DNA from: Deferribacterales bacterium
GTDB taxonomy: Bacteria; Chrysiogenota; Deferribacteres; Deferribacterales; Geovibrionaceae
Direction of reading: 5' to 3'
Length of the DNA stretch: 64,000 nt
Assembly: GCA_050253075.1 (NCBI GenBank)
Contig: JBFWJS010000005.1
Coordinates: 115,237 to 179,236 of the forward strand
Each line of letters opens with the position of its first letter. Position 1 is the first letter of the stretch. The notes beneath the pieces were generated by a model. The model did not search any database. It saw only the letters and a program-made list of their open reading frames with translations, and was not told the origin of the DNA. Position numbers and translations under genes: made by a program. This document shows positions 40,932-50,930 of the stretch, in pieces.

Positions 40932-43900
40932 ATGAAATTCAAATCCCTAGTTGTCCAAGGCTTCAAGTCGTTCGTAGATAAGACCGTGATAGAGTTTCCC
41001 GGCGGGATAACCTGCGTCATCGGTCCGAACGGTTCGGGTAAAAGTAATATACTCGATGCCATCCGTTGGATATTCGGCGAGCAGAGCGCAAAGGAGCTTC
41101 GCGGTGCCGACATGGACGACGTGGTTTTCTCGGGCTCTCAGCACAGGAAGCCGACAGGATTTGCCGAAGTTTCACTCACTCTTTCCGAACTGCCCGAAAG
41201 CCTTACGGCGAAATGGGGCTCTTTCAGCGAAATAACCGTCAGCAGAAAACACTACCGCACAGGCGACAGAGAATACCGCATAAACGGTAAGAAATGCCGA
41301 CTGAAGGATATACGTGAAATATTCTACGACTCGGGTATCGGAGCACGGAGCATCTCCATCATCGAGCAGGGAAAGGTGGAAAAGATCATTCAGTCATCCC
41401 CCGAAGACCTTCGTGCATTCTTTGAAGAGACCGCAGGCGTTATGCGCTTCAAAGAGCGTAAGAAAGAGGCAGAGCGCAGACTGCACCAGACAAAGGACAA
41501 CCTGAGCCGTGTAACGGACATCATAGCCGAGATACGTGCACAGATGGAGACACTCTCCGTACAGTCCGAGCGTGTCTCACGATACCGAGAGCTGGCAGCC
41601 AGACAGTCCGTACTGTCTAAGGCGGTCATTTTCCACAGATACAGCAAATCATTCAGTGACCTGAAAGAGATAAACGAAACGGTCAACAAGCTGAAGATAG
41701 ACCTCTCTGGCTATACGGAAAAGTTCGCAAAGCTGGCACAGGTCGAAACTGAGCTGAACAGCAAGCTGTCAGCAGCCAGAAAGGAATTCAACGGTAAAAA
41801 CGACCAGATATTACAGGCAGAGTCGGAATCGGGACGAACCGAAGCAGACATAAGACTGCTAGAAAACGAGATAGAAGCAGCCGAAAAGAGCAAAGACAAC
41901 CTGCACAATGACATAGAATTCCTGCAAAAGAAGCTGAGTGAGCTCACAGAGAGGCGTGTGAACATCCTCGAGAGCAAAAGCGAGCATGCAGATAAGCTGA
42001 AAGAAGCCGAAGAAAAGATAGAAGAATTCAACGAACGCATATCAGACTATGAAATAATGCGTGAAGAGATAAAGGAAGAGATGTTCGCAGTGGACGACCA
42101 GTACCTCGAGCTGGCACAGCGTGCATCAGACACCAGAAACGCAATATTCGAAAACGAAACCCTCCTCACCCGCTCCGAAAAGGACCGTGAGAGGCTGAAA
42201 GCCGAAAAAGAGGAGAGCTTAAAAGACAGCCAGTTCGCAAAGAATAACATCGAGGAACAGACCAGAGATGTCGAAAGGCTCACCCTCGAGCTCGAGACTA
42301 TTGCGGAAACTCTGGAACACTACGCAGACGAACACGCAGAACTGCGTGACGAGATATCATCCATAGAAACAACCCTCGGCGAAAAGCGCATTGAGGTAAA
42401 AACGATAACCAACCGCATAGAAATGCTGAAACAGGCACTCGATGCCGAATCAGCCAGCGACGACATAAAGCACATACTCGAATCTCTCGGAGGTTCGCTC
42501 CTTCTTCCCCGTCTGTCCGAAGACCTGACAAGGGAGCTCGGCGATATCATCGTGATACCAAAGAGTAAAGAATCAGAAATAGCAGAAACACTCGCAGAGG
42601 TGAAGCAGTCCGTCAGGTTCGTATACGACTCGGATGTCGATGCCCTGCTCAGCTATGCAAAGGATAATATTGACGCATCCACAGGGATAGTCCGCAACGG
42701 ATACATCCACAGAAAGCCAGGCTCCGACGACAAGCGAGAGAACGTACTCCGCCTGCAGAAACAGATAGACGGCTATGAAGCCGACCTGATAAAAGCGAAC
42801 GCAGAGTGCACAGAGCTCGAGGAATCGCTCCCCGAAATGGTCGAAAAGCTCGAGATACTCGCAGATAAAAAGGACGAGCTTCAGGAACAGCGCCAAACAG
42901 CCACACTGGATCTAAAAGATAAGGAACGCAGCCTCGAAGACCTGAAGAGCAGGCACGAACGCCTCTCAAAACGTTCATCCATCATAGACAGCGAGCTGCA
43001 GAACATCGACCACGAGATAGAAAGAGCAAAAGAAAAGATAGAATACCTGAAAGAGCAGAACAAAGAGCTCTCTGTCAGCATCGCAGCCAAAGAGGAAGAG
43101 AAAGAGGCGATGCAGAGCAAGCTCGAAGATATAGATAATATGTACGAGGACGTCCGTGACGAGCTCTCAGGATACCGCATCGAGATGCGCGGTATACAGG
43201 AGAAGATGAACGCAGTCACAAACGAGCTTCACTTCATAGACAAAGACCTCGACGAATCCCAGACAAAGCTGACAGCAGCAAAGAACAGGCTGTCCACACT
43301 GATCACATCAGATATAGTGACCCTTAAGGATAATCTGGAAAAACGCAGAAGCGACTATCAGGAAGTTATTAAGAGACGTCATAACCTTAATGATGAAAAG
43401 CAGAATCTGGACAGACAGATAGCCGAATATGAGAAACAGATAGACGACTACGGACATGATATAGATAAGATGAACCTGTACATCAAAGGTATCGAAGACG
43501 AGATATTCGACGCCGAAAAGAAGATGGAAAGGTATCAGGCAGAAGTATCCGCACAGACAGAGGCCTTCGTAGAGAAATTTAACGAGGACATCACAGAGTT
43601 TGAGATGGATCTCACAGACTTTCAGCCGAATAAGGCAAAGGGAGAGCTGTCCATCATCGAAAGGGATATAGACTCCCTCGGCCCGCTGAATATGGCGGCG
43701 GAAAGCGAGTATAAGGAAGTGATGGAGAGGAACGAATTCCTCACGGCGCAGAAGGATGACCTCGAAGATGCAGTGGCATCCATCTATGAGCTGATCAGAG
43801 AGATGGACGAAAATACATCCGCACTCTTTCAGGAAACATTCGAAGGGGTTAAGAAGAACTTCCACCGTGTGTTCTCCATGCTCTTCGGCAACGGAAACTG

Positions 43901-44267
43901 CGACCTTAAGCTCACAGAGCCCGACGACATACTCAACAGCGGTGTTGAGATATTTGTCCAGCCGCCGGGCAAAAAGCTGCAGAACATGAACCTGCTCTCC
44001 GGCGGTGAAAAGGCGATGAGCGCATGTACGCTCCTTTTCGCACTTTTCCTGTATCGTCCTACACCGTTCTGCTTCCTCGATGAGATCGACGCTCCGCTGG
44101 ACGAAAACAACATCGACCGTTTCACCCGCATAGTAAAAACGCTCTCCGCAGACACCCAGTTTGTCATCATCAGCCACAACCAAAAGACGATGGCAGCGGC
44201 AGATTCGCTATACGGCGTCACAATGCAGGAGCCGGGTGTTTCACGCATACTCTCCGTCACAATGTAG
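40932..44267 (+). CDS. smc: chromosome segregation protein SMC
   Basis: GFKSF, Walker A GPNGSGKSN, Q-loop IIEQG, long coiled coils, LSGGE signature, LDEIDAPLD. Confidence 0.96.
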   Translation: MKFKSLVVQGFKSFVDKTVIEFPGGITCVIGPNGSGKSNILDAIRWIFGEQSAKELRGADMDDVVFSGSQHRKPTGFAEVSLTLSELPESLTAKWGSFSEITVSRKHYRTGDREYRINGKKCRLKDIREIFYDSGIGARSISIIEQGKVEKIIQSSPEDLRAFFEETAGVMRFKERKKEAERRLHQTKDNLSRVTDIIAEIRAQMETLSVQSERVSRYRELAARQSVLSKAVIFHRYSKSFSDLKEINETVNKLKIDLSGYTEKFAKLAQVETELNSKLSAARKEFNGKNDQILQAESESGRTEADIRLLENEIEAAEKSKDNLHNDIEFLQKKLSELTERRVNILESKSEHADKLKEAEEKIEEFNERISDYEIMREEIKEEMFAVDDQYLELAQRASDTRNAIFENETLLTRSEKDRERLKAEKEESLKDSQFAKNNIEEQTRDVERLTLELETIAETLEHYADEHAELRDEISSIETTLGEKRIEVKTITNRIEMLKQALDAESASDDIKHILESLGGSLLLPRLSEDLTRELGDIIVIPKSKESEIAETLAEVKQSVRFVYDSDVDALLSYAKDNIDASTGIVRNGYIHRKPGSDDKRENVLRLQKQIDGYEADLIKANAECTELEESLPEMVEKLEILADKKDELQEQRQTATLDLKDKERSLEDLKSRHERLSKRSSIIDSELQNIDHEIERAKEKIEYLKEQNKELSVSIAAKEEEKEAMQSKLEDIDNMYEDVRDELSGYRIEMRGIQEKMNAVTNELHFIDKDLDESQTKLTAAKNRLSTLITSDIVTLKDNLEKRRSDYQEVIKRRHNLNDEKQNLDRQIAEYEKQIDDYGHDIDKMNLYIKGIEDEIFDAEKKMERYQAEVSAQTEAFVEKFNEDITEFEMDLTDFQPNKAKGELSIIERDIDSLGPLNMAAESEYKEVMERNEFLTAQKDDLEDAVASIYELIREMDENTSALFQETFEGVKKNFHRVFSMLFGNGNCDLKLTEPDDILNSGVEIFVQPPGKKLQNMNLLSGGEKAMSACTLLFALFLYRPTPFCFLDEIDAPLDENNIDRFTRIVKTLSADTQFVIISHNQKTMAAADSLYGVTMQEPGVSRILSVTM

Positions 44268-44386
44268 AACCCGCTTACCAAAGCTATTTCACCAAATATC
44301 AAATCATTATTCTATCGTAATAAATATTGACTTATTATTACCTATGGTTCATACCTTAACTATTATTTTGTATTTAGGGGACACCA

Positions 44387-44860
44387 ATGAAGAAACTTAT
44401 TATGATCCTTTTTCTGGTGGCTGTAGTTGCCGGAGGTGTATATTATTTCATCTCGAACCAGCCTACCAAAGTCGCAAACCCGCTTCCTATGCCTGAATAC
44501 GGCAAGATAACTGTCGAGCATGCCGCACCGCTTTTCGACGGAAAGCTGCCTGAGGGATATGCGGTAGTCGATGTCAGAACTGTCGAGGAATATGACAAGA
44601 AGCACACAGAAGGCACAGTGAACGTGCCCGTAGCCATCTTTGAAGAGTCCGACGACCCATGTAAAGAGATAGCTCTTATGCTGCCTAAAGCTGAAAAGAT
44701 CATTTTCGTATGCCCTTACGGCCCTAGGTCTAAGGATATGTATGAAAACCTCACAGCACCCGTGGACGACCTCGGATGCGGATTTCCAAAGGACGGTCTT
44801 TATCACCTCTGGGCAAACATAAAGTATAAAAAAGACCACATAATCGTTCAAAGCAAGTAG
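44387..44860 (+). CDS. membrane-anchored rhodanese-like protein
   Basis: N-terminal TM, VVDVRT.EEY...H..G..NVP, active-site loop VCPYGPRS. Confidence 0.85.
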   Translation: MKKLIMILFLVAVVAGGVYYFISNQPTKVANPLPMPEYGKITVEHAAPLFDGKLPEGYAVVDVRTVEEYDKKHTEGTVNVPVAIFEESDDPCKEIALMLPKAEKIIFVCPYGPRSKDMYENLTAPVDDLGCGFPKDGLYHLWANIKYKKDHIIVQSK

Positions 44861-44864
44861 TATA

Positions 44865-44958
44865 TTTGTCATGCTGAGGAGGGATATTATCCCGACGTAG
44901 GCATCTCAGCCATAGCTTAGATTCTTACGTCGCACACAGTGCTCCTCAGAATGACAAA
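44865..44958. repeat. GTCAT...ATGAC palindromic repeat at the end of the portal gene
   Basis: tttgtcatgctgaggag...ctcctcagaatgacaaa long inverted repeat between convergent genes. Confidence 0.75.
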
Positions 44959-44963
44959 GTTTA

Positions 44964-46070
44964 TCAGATCACAGGCACGCCGAACCTTTTCGCCACCTCA
45001 GCCTTATCCACATCAAAGCCGAGCTCTATAGCATCTTTTATAACATCCCAGTCGGCCTCCACCTTCATATCCAGTATGAAAGCAGGCACAGGCGCATCGC
45101 CGAAGTTCAGATCGACTATCCATCTAAGCAGTGTCCTCGTAAGCGTCTCCGACAGCGCCCCCGCTATCTTATAGCTCTTTGTCTGCAGTGTCTCGAGATG
45201 CTGCTGAGCCAGAGAATACGAGCCGTTTGTGGATGTGTCGCTGGTGAGTATCTCGCCTGTCACGGCCTTTGATATCTCCGTATTGCATATGTTCACCAGC
45301 TCGGAAAAGTCCGCCGATGTACCCTTTGTCTCCAGCACCTGCACGCTGTCCACATTTGCCAGAGCCACAGCTGCATCTGACTGTATATTATAAAGATTTT
45401 CTGCCAGTTCTTTTGCCCTTGCCCTGCTGTCTGCATCGTCTATGGAGTCAAATAGAGCGAGCACCGTCGGCACGCCGTACTTCTCTGCCACTGTCAGCCA
45501 ATACCTGAACCCCGCCTTTTTAAACATCCACGGCCAGTAGCATTTTGACAGAACGGGTGTGCCGTAGGGGTTCTCATTCTTCGGGCTGTTTCGGTGTACG
45601 ACAAACTTGTACTCCTCCTCCAGAGGTATAGACACGGCGCCGTCCGCCAGTGCCAGCCCGCCGTCGCTTGTGAATGCAAACCTTGAAGGCTTCCGCCCCA
45701 TAGCGTTCACGGGTATCCAAGCCCCTTCTCTCTCTTCCCATATGATCTCTATCACGCTGAAGCCGTATTCCACGGCCATCATCATATCCTGCAGAAGCTG
45801 TTTCACGCCGAGCCCGTTCAGACAATCCTTCACAAATGCGGCTATACCTGCGGATTCGTCGTCCATATCCTTCGCACGCACGTCCCACTTCATGGCAAAG
45901 ACCCTGTCTTTCAGCTGTTCGAGCTTTGCGTGTATGTGGGCATCCTGAAGCATCTCGTCAAAGATGCTCATGTTCACCCCTGTCTTACCGAAAAGCACGT
46001 CTGGGTTTGTCATCATCCCCATAGACGTCACGTCTGTATTCTTTGTCAGCACACTTGTTAATCTGCTCAT
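44964..46070 (-). CDS. phage portal protein, DUF935 / Mu gp29-like
   Basis: DAHIHA, AVEYGFSVIEIIW, NPYG.P.L..CYWPW.FKK, EKYGVP, NTEISKAVTGEILT, HLE; 368 aa. Confidence 0.88.
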   Translation of the reverse strand: MSRLTSVLTKNTDVTSMGMMTNPDVLFGKTGVNMSIFDEMLQDAHIHAKLEQLKDRVFAMKWDVRAKDMDDESAGIAAFVKDCLNGLGVKQLLQDMMMAVEYGFSVIEIIWEEREGAWIPVNAMGRKPSRFAFTSDGGLALADGAVSIPLEEEYKFVVHRNSPKNENPYGTPVLSKCYWPWMFKKAGFRYWLTVAEKYGVPTVLALFDSIDDADSRARAKELAENLYNIQSDAAVALANVDSVQVLETKGTSADFSELVNICNTEISKAVTGEILTSDTSTNGSYSLAQQHLETLQTKSYKIAGALSETLTRTLLRWIVDLNFGDAPVPAFILDMKVEADWDVIKDAIELGFDVDKAEVAKRFGVPVI

Positions 46071-46085
46071 ATCTATCTCCTTTCA

Positions 46086-47486
46086 TTAATATTTTTTGAA
46101 CATATCTCCGCTCTTTCGCCCCGCTCCCGAGAATGACGCCGAAGGCTTCACCCGTCTTTCCGTCTGGCTGAGAGCCTGTGTCATGGCATCCACCATGTCG
46201 TCATTTTTCCCGCCCGGGAATAATGCCGCCTCGTCCATCAGCTCCTCGGAGAACTTTGCCCCCCGTTTCAGATAGACATTCCCCGCCTCGAGCATAGGCG
46301 TGACGGCTATCGCCCTCGCTGTCTTGCTCCCCTGCGGATTCACGGGGATGAGCCCCTGTATCTCATTTTTCAGAGCGGATATCACAGCGGGGCCGTTCGC
46401 CTTATCTTCAATGTATTTAGCACGTGCCTGCGGGTACTTTTCCGTCATCATGCGCAGGGCTCGCAGGGCAGACATAAAGTCCATCCGCCCACGCACCTGA
46501 TCCACAAGGTATCTCTCCGTGCCCCGAATCCCCCACACCTGACCGACCACAAAGTCTGAGCCGTCACCTCCGGAGAATGTCATATCCCACGACTGCACCA
46601 TCTGCTCAAAGGCAGGCTCCGCATCGTAAAAGCGGAACCACGACTTTTTGAAAACTGCTCCGTCCTCGGGGGCTGGTCTCTGCTGATAGAGTGCGTTCCA
46701 AACACGGGAGCCCACTGCGGAGCGTATCTGTGCGAGGGCGTCTTCGTCATATTTCTCAGCCCAGAGCGGTTCACCCACGGTACGGAATGCCTCGTCCTCC
46801 TCTGCTATTGCGGGGAAGCTGACCACCTGCCAGCCGTCTCTGTCGGCATTCAGCAGTCTGCCTGCGAGGTCGTCCTCGTGCCAGCGGGTGAGTATGACGA
46901 CTATCCGTCCCCCCTTCTCTATCCTTGTGTACAGGGTGGACTGATACCAGTCCCACACCTTGTCACGATAGTTCTTGCTGTCGGCGTCCTCCTGATTTTT
47001 AAACGGGTCGTCGATGATGAGCAGGTCGCCCCCCATCCCCGTTATCGAACCGCCAACCCCCGCTGCGACATAGCCGCCGCCGTCTGCGGTCTCCCATCTG
47101 TCTGCTGCCTTTGACCTTCCGCTCAGCCCAGTGCCGAACGTCAGGCGGAATTTTGGATCTGCTACGATATCCCGCACCTTTCTGCCGAAGTTCTCCGCAA
47201 GTCGGGCACTGTATGATGTGGCTATCACCCGCTTTGTCGGGTGTCTGCCCAGAAACCAAGCGGGGAAACGCACGGATGCCAGCTCGCTCTTCCCGTGGCG
47301 CGGGGGCATGAGTATCATCAGCCTGCCGTCAGTCCCTGCCTCCAGCTCGGTGAGCTTATCCGCCAGCAGTCGGTGGTGCCAGTTCGGCTCGTATCCTCTG
47401 TATGTCAGCTTACAGAACGGGATGAGGCTCTCTCGGGCGAGCTTCAGCGCATAAAGTTTTTCAAAGTTTTCACTGCTTAGCTTCAT
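46086..47486 (-). CDS. phage terminase large subunit (ATPase plus RNase H-like nuclease)
   Basis: Walker A MPPRHGKSE, Walker B LIIDDP, TRWHEDDL, ALYQQRP, nuclease SWD...D...IEDKANG...DDMVDA. Confidence 0.93.
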   Translation of the reverse strand: MKLSSENFEKLYALKLARESLIPFCKLTYRGYEPNWHHRLLADKLTELEAGTDGRLMILMPPRHGKSELASVRFPAWFLGRHPTKRVIATSYSARLAENFGRKVRDIVADPKFRLTFGTGLSGRSKAADRWETADGGGYVAAGVGGSITGMGGDLLIIDDPFKNQEDADSKNYRDKVWDWYQSTLYTRIEKGGRIVVILTRWHEDDLAGRLLNADRDGWQVVSFPAIAEEDEAFRTVGEPLWAEKYDEDALAQIRSAVGSRVWNALYQQRPAPEDGAVFKKSWFRFYDAEPAFEQMVQSWDMTFSGGDGSDFVVGQVWGIRGTERYLVDQVRGRMDFMSALRALRMMTEKYPQARAKYIEDKANGPAVISALKNEIQGLIPVNPQGSKTARAIAVTPMLEAGNVYLKRGAKFSEELMDEAALFPGGKNDDMVDAMTQALSQTERRVKPSASFSGAGRKSGDMFKKY

Positions 47487-47919
47487 GCATTATCGCTTTG
47501 GCATCCTCTACGCTCAGGTTATCCAGCTCACTCATAAGGTCGGCTATATTACCGTCAGCAGATTCGTCTTTGAGGAATTCGTCGGGGGATTTGCCTATGC
47601 AGATGTCCTTATAGTTTTTCACTGTTTTCGAATGCAGTTCCACATCACGCAGATTCTCACACTCGTTGAGGAGTACATCCGCCTTTTCCAGCCCTGCCAT
47701 TGTGCTGTTGCATATGGCATCCAGCATCTTCACCCGATGATTTTTCAGCCTTCGGATTGTCTTATCCGTTTCGGGGCGTTTCCATTTTTCGGCATCGGCT
47801 CTGTTCTTCACCGTCTCTGTTTTTATGCCGTATTCCTCTGACAGCTCGGACAGGTCATATACACCGTCCTCGTATTCACTGCGCATGGATGTCCATGTTT
47901 CCTTCGTTATTCTGCCCAT
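47470..47919 (-). CDS. probable terminase small subunit
   Basis: N-terminal HTH-like W..MR.EYE.G...L.EL...YGI..TV..RA..EKW; overlaps the terL start; GGAG RBS. Confidence 0.7.
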   Translation of the reverse strand: MGRITKETWTSMRSEYEDGVYDLSELSEEYGIKTETVKNRADAEKWKRPETDKTIRRLKNHRVKMLDAICNSTMAGLEKADVLLNECENLRDVELHSKTVKNYKDICIGKSPDEFLKDESADGNIADLMSELDNLSVEDAKAIMHEAKQ

Positions 47920-47943
47920 ATGGTTCTCCGTATTTTTTAATCA

Positions 47944-47997
47944 GGATTCTACGCAGAAATTTGAATTAATATGTTTAAACACGATAGACTTAGAAAC
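47944..47997 (-). promoter_or_regulatory. shared late-type promoter motif, copy 1 (packaging operon)
   Basis: Minus strand GTTTC-N14-TTAAACATAT-N16-GTAGAATCC; same spacing as 57792-57845. Confidence 0.7.
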
Positions 47998-48031
47998 ACA
48001 GATCGGTGAAAATTAATACTTTCGTTTTCAA

Positions 48032-49171
48032 ATGAACACAGGTGATATATACTATTTAAAACGAGAGTCAGAGTGTGCCTATATGATCAGAAAAGTTATT
48101 ACAGACGTCTATGAAGACATCCATTTCAGTGATAAATACGACACTGAGCAGATAAACCTGCTGCTGAAAGAACTGGACGTGCGCCATGCGCATTTCTCCG
48201 GGCTGCCTATCGTGCCCGAGGTTCGCAGCTTCCTTAACGGCGAGCTCCGCACACAGTCCATATACTCCACCGCCGCAATCGGAAAGCCCGATATGGAGGA
48301 GGAAGACGTGCGCAATTTCCTCGCAGGGAACCCGCACGAGCTGGACGAGACACGCTCCCGCATAGTGAATAACATCAGGCGCACATTTGAATTCGTCGAT
48401 AAAAACAGAACGACTTTCGAGCTGACCACCGAAAACCTGCGCAAGCTCCACATCATGCTCGTGATAGACACGGCTGAGGGGCTCCCCGGCGTATACAGAT
48501 CTAAGGACCGCTCAGAGGTAAACATAGACTATAAGCCCCCGAGGGGCTCTATGGACGAGCTGACCAAAGAATTCTGCGACTGGTTCGCCAGCTCCGACAT
48601 GCAGAAGCATCACCCTGCCGTTAGGGCGTTTCTCGCTCATTACCACATAGGTATGCTTCAGCCTTTCAGCAACGGCAACGGGCGTGTGGCACGCACTCTG
48701 GAGGCTATCGTGCTGGAGAACGCAGATATGCCGTACCTCACCCATGTGCTGTCTCAATATTATAAAAGAAACAGAAAAGACTATATAAAAGCATATATCA
48801 AAAACGAAAAGACGGGCGGATTCGACATGACGCCGTTCCTCGCATTCTGCCTCGAGGGCTCCGTGCGTGCGTATAAGCTGATAACAGACATGGCTGTCAC
48901 AGGGCTCCGTGCCATCAGCGTGCGTGAATACATCCGCAGACTCAGGACAGAAAAGAAAATCACCGAACGCCAGCGTGACCTGCTGGAGATAATATATCAG
49001 TACGACAAGCCATTCGACCTGCACGACCTGCTCACGAACCCTATATTCGCAGGGCTCTACCGCAGTGTGACAGAAAATACCGCACGCAATGACATAAAGC
49101 GCATGAAAGAACTGAGCCTCGTGACACAGACTCAGGGCGGATATATCTTTAACCGCTTCGTGCTCGGATAG
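48032..49171 (+). CDS. degenerate Fic-domain protein with C-terminal winged HTH (Fic-3)
   Basis: PGVYR, YKPP, motif LQPFSNGNGRVAR, C-terminal ITERQ...TENTARNDIKRM. Confidence 0.85.
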   Translation: MNTGDIYYLKRESECAYMIRKVITDVYEDIHFSDKYDTEQINLLLKELDVRHAHFSGLPIVPEVRSFLNGELRTQSIYSTAAIGKPDMEEEDVRNFLAGNPHELDETRSRIVNNIRRTFEFVDKNRTTFELTTENLRKLHIMLVIDTAEGLPGVYRSKDRSEVNIDYKPPRGSMDELTKEFCDWFASSDMQKHHPAVRAFLAHYHIGMLQPFSNGNGRVARTLEAIVLENADMPYLTHVLSQYYKRNRKDYIKAYIKNEKTGGFDMTPFLAFCLEGSVRAYKLITDMAVTGLRAISVREYIRRLRTEKKITERQRDLLEIIYQYDKPFDLHDLLTNPIFAGLYRSVTENTARNDIKRMKELSLVTQTQGGYIFNRFVLG

Positions 49172-50068
49172 GTGCTTATGTATCTGTGCTTCGACATAGG
49201 CGGGACAAACATCAAATCCTGTCTGACAGACGAAAACGGCAAATGCCTCGATAAGATATCTATACACACACCGAAGGATTACGGCGATATCCTCTCGATA
49301 CTCATATCCTCTGCCGAACGTATAAGCGACTTCAAAGCCTGTGCTGTAGCCGTACCGGGGACATGCTCGCCTTCATCGGGCGAGGTGCTCTTTGCTCCGA
49401 ACCTGACAGCACTGAACGGCAGAAATATCAAGAACGACCTCGAAAAGGCTCTGAACAAGCCGGTATTCATAGAAAACGATGCAAACCTCGCCGCTCTAGG
49501 CGAATACTACTTCATTGAGAAAGATAAGGTGAAGAACATGATATTCCTCACCATAGGCACAGGGCTCGGAGGCGGAGCAGTGCTGAACGGAGAACTGCTC
49601 ACATCAGACATCTCCCTCTTTGAAGCGGGGCACATAAACCTCATCCCCGACGGACGCCTCTGCGGATGCGGTAAAAAGGGATGCCTCGAAACATACGCCA
49701 GCATCGGCGGGATAATGAAGACATATAAAGAACTCTCCGCAAGGGGTGAGGCAGACAATGTGAACCAGATATACACCGCTGCCAAAAACGGCGACAGGGC
49801 AGCACAGCTCACCTTTGAAGTTTTCGGCGGACAGCTCGGCATAGGCATGGCTAGCCTCGTGAACATACTGGTCCCGCAGAAGATAAAGATAGGCGGAGGC
49901 ATATCCGAGATGGCAGACGCCTTCCTCCATCACACCATGAAGATCTTTTCGAAAAACATATATCCCGCTTATAAACAACGTGTTTCCATAGAGCTCTCCG
50001 CTTTGAAAAACGAGGCAGGGCTCAAAGGGTGCACAGCCCTCTCCATCACTAATCTTTCGTCAAAATAA
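49172..50068 (+). CDS. ROK-family sugar kinase (glucokinase-like)
   Basis: DIGGT, ENDANLAALGE, TIGTGLGGG, EAGH, CGCGKKGCLE. Confidence 0.92.
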   Translation: MLMYLCFDIGGTNIKSCLTDENGKCLDKISIHTPKDYGDILSILISSAERISDFKACAVAVPGTCSPSSGEVLFAPNLTALNGRNIKNDLEKALNKPVFIENDANLAALGEYYFIEKDKVKNMIFLTIGTGLGGGAVLNGELLTSDISLFEAGHINLIPDGRLCGCGKKGCLETYASIGGIMKTYKELSARGEADNVNQIYTAAKNGDRAAQLTFEVFGGQLGIGMASLVNILVPQKIKIGGGISEMADAFLHHTMKIFSKNIYPAYKQRVSIELSALKNEAGLKGCTALSITNLSSK

Positions 50069-50117
50069 ACCTTGTGTTTTCCGCTCTATATGAAATATTA
50101 TCCCTACGGAGCACAAA

Positions 50118-50930
50118 TTGGAAAAGCGACTTATCACAGGCATCACACCTACGAAATGCCTTAACTGGCTATACAGAAAGAACCCCGAAGTTTATGTCTA
50201 TCCACCCGCCGTTGCGGATGTCGACGGAGAGTATTATCAGCTGAACAGCTTCGAACATTACTCTCAGGAGTACTTCATCATCGAGGCAGACAGTGTGGAA
50301 GATGCGCTGAACATATCCGTAGACCTCTACGGAGCAGCCAGCCTGAACACCACAGAGCTGGCTTACCTTACCGCTGTGTGCGATAGACAGGAACTGGATA
50401 AGTCAAAGATAACAGCATACGAAACCCACGGCATAAAGGGGAAGAAAAACTTTGAAACCCTGAAGGCCATCACATTCATGTGCCCGTCGCTGCAGAAATA
50501 CATCTCGGTGAAAGCTATCCCGCTGAAGACCATAGCCGTCTTCGACAAGCTCGAGAAGGATTTCCGCAGGTTTGTGAAAAACACTATCGACGACAGAGAG
50601 CTATCCGTGCAGGATTTCCGTAAGATGGTGAATCTGCTGTTTGACATGCAGTCGAGCGCAACTCCGGAAGACATGGGCCCCGACCTGCTCAAAAAACTGG
50701 CCGAAAAGAAAGATATGACACGCATCAGCTTTATGAAGGAGATGCAAAACCTCACTAAGGGTTTGAGTGCAAACGTCTTTTCAGAAAACAACTTTGAAAC
50801 GGGCGAGCTGACATTCAGCATAAAGGCATCAGGGATGAAAGAGCTGAAAGAAAAACTGGAAGCTCTGTCAGAAGACGAAAATAAAATAGAAAGAATATAC
50901 AGGTTTTTGGATGAGCAGGATATTTGTTGA
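50118..50930 (+). CDS. hypothetical protein, possibly a degenerate ParB-like partner of the radical SAM gene
   Basis: Long ORF with a GGAG RBS that overlaps the next gene; C-terminal NFETGELTFSI pattern; no certain family. Confidence 0.6.
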   Translation: MEKRLITGITPTKCLNWLYRKNPEVYVYPPAVADVDGEYYQLNSFEHYSQEYFIIEADSVEDALNISVDLYGAASLNTTELAYLTAVCDRQELDKSKITAYETHGIKGKKNFETLKAITFMCPSLQKYISVKAIPLKTIAVFDKLEKDFRRFVKNTIDDRELSVQDFRKMVNLLFDMQSSATPEDMGPDLLKKLAEKKDMTRISFMKEMQNLTKGLSANVFSENNFETGELTFSIKASGMKELKEKLEALSEDENKIERIYRFLDEQDIC

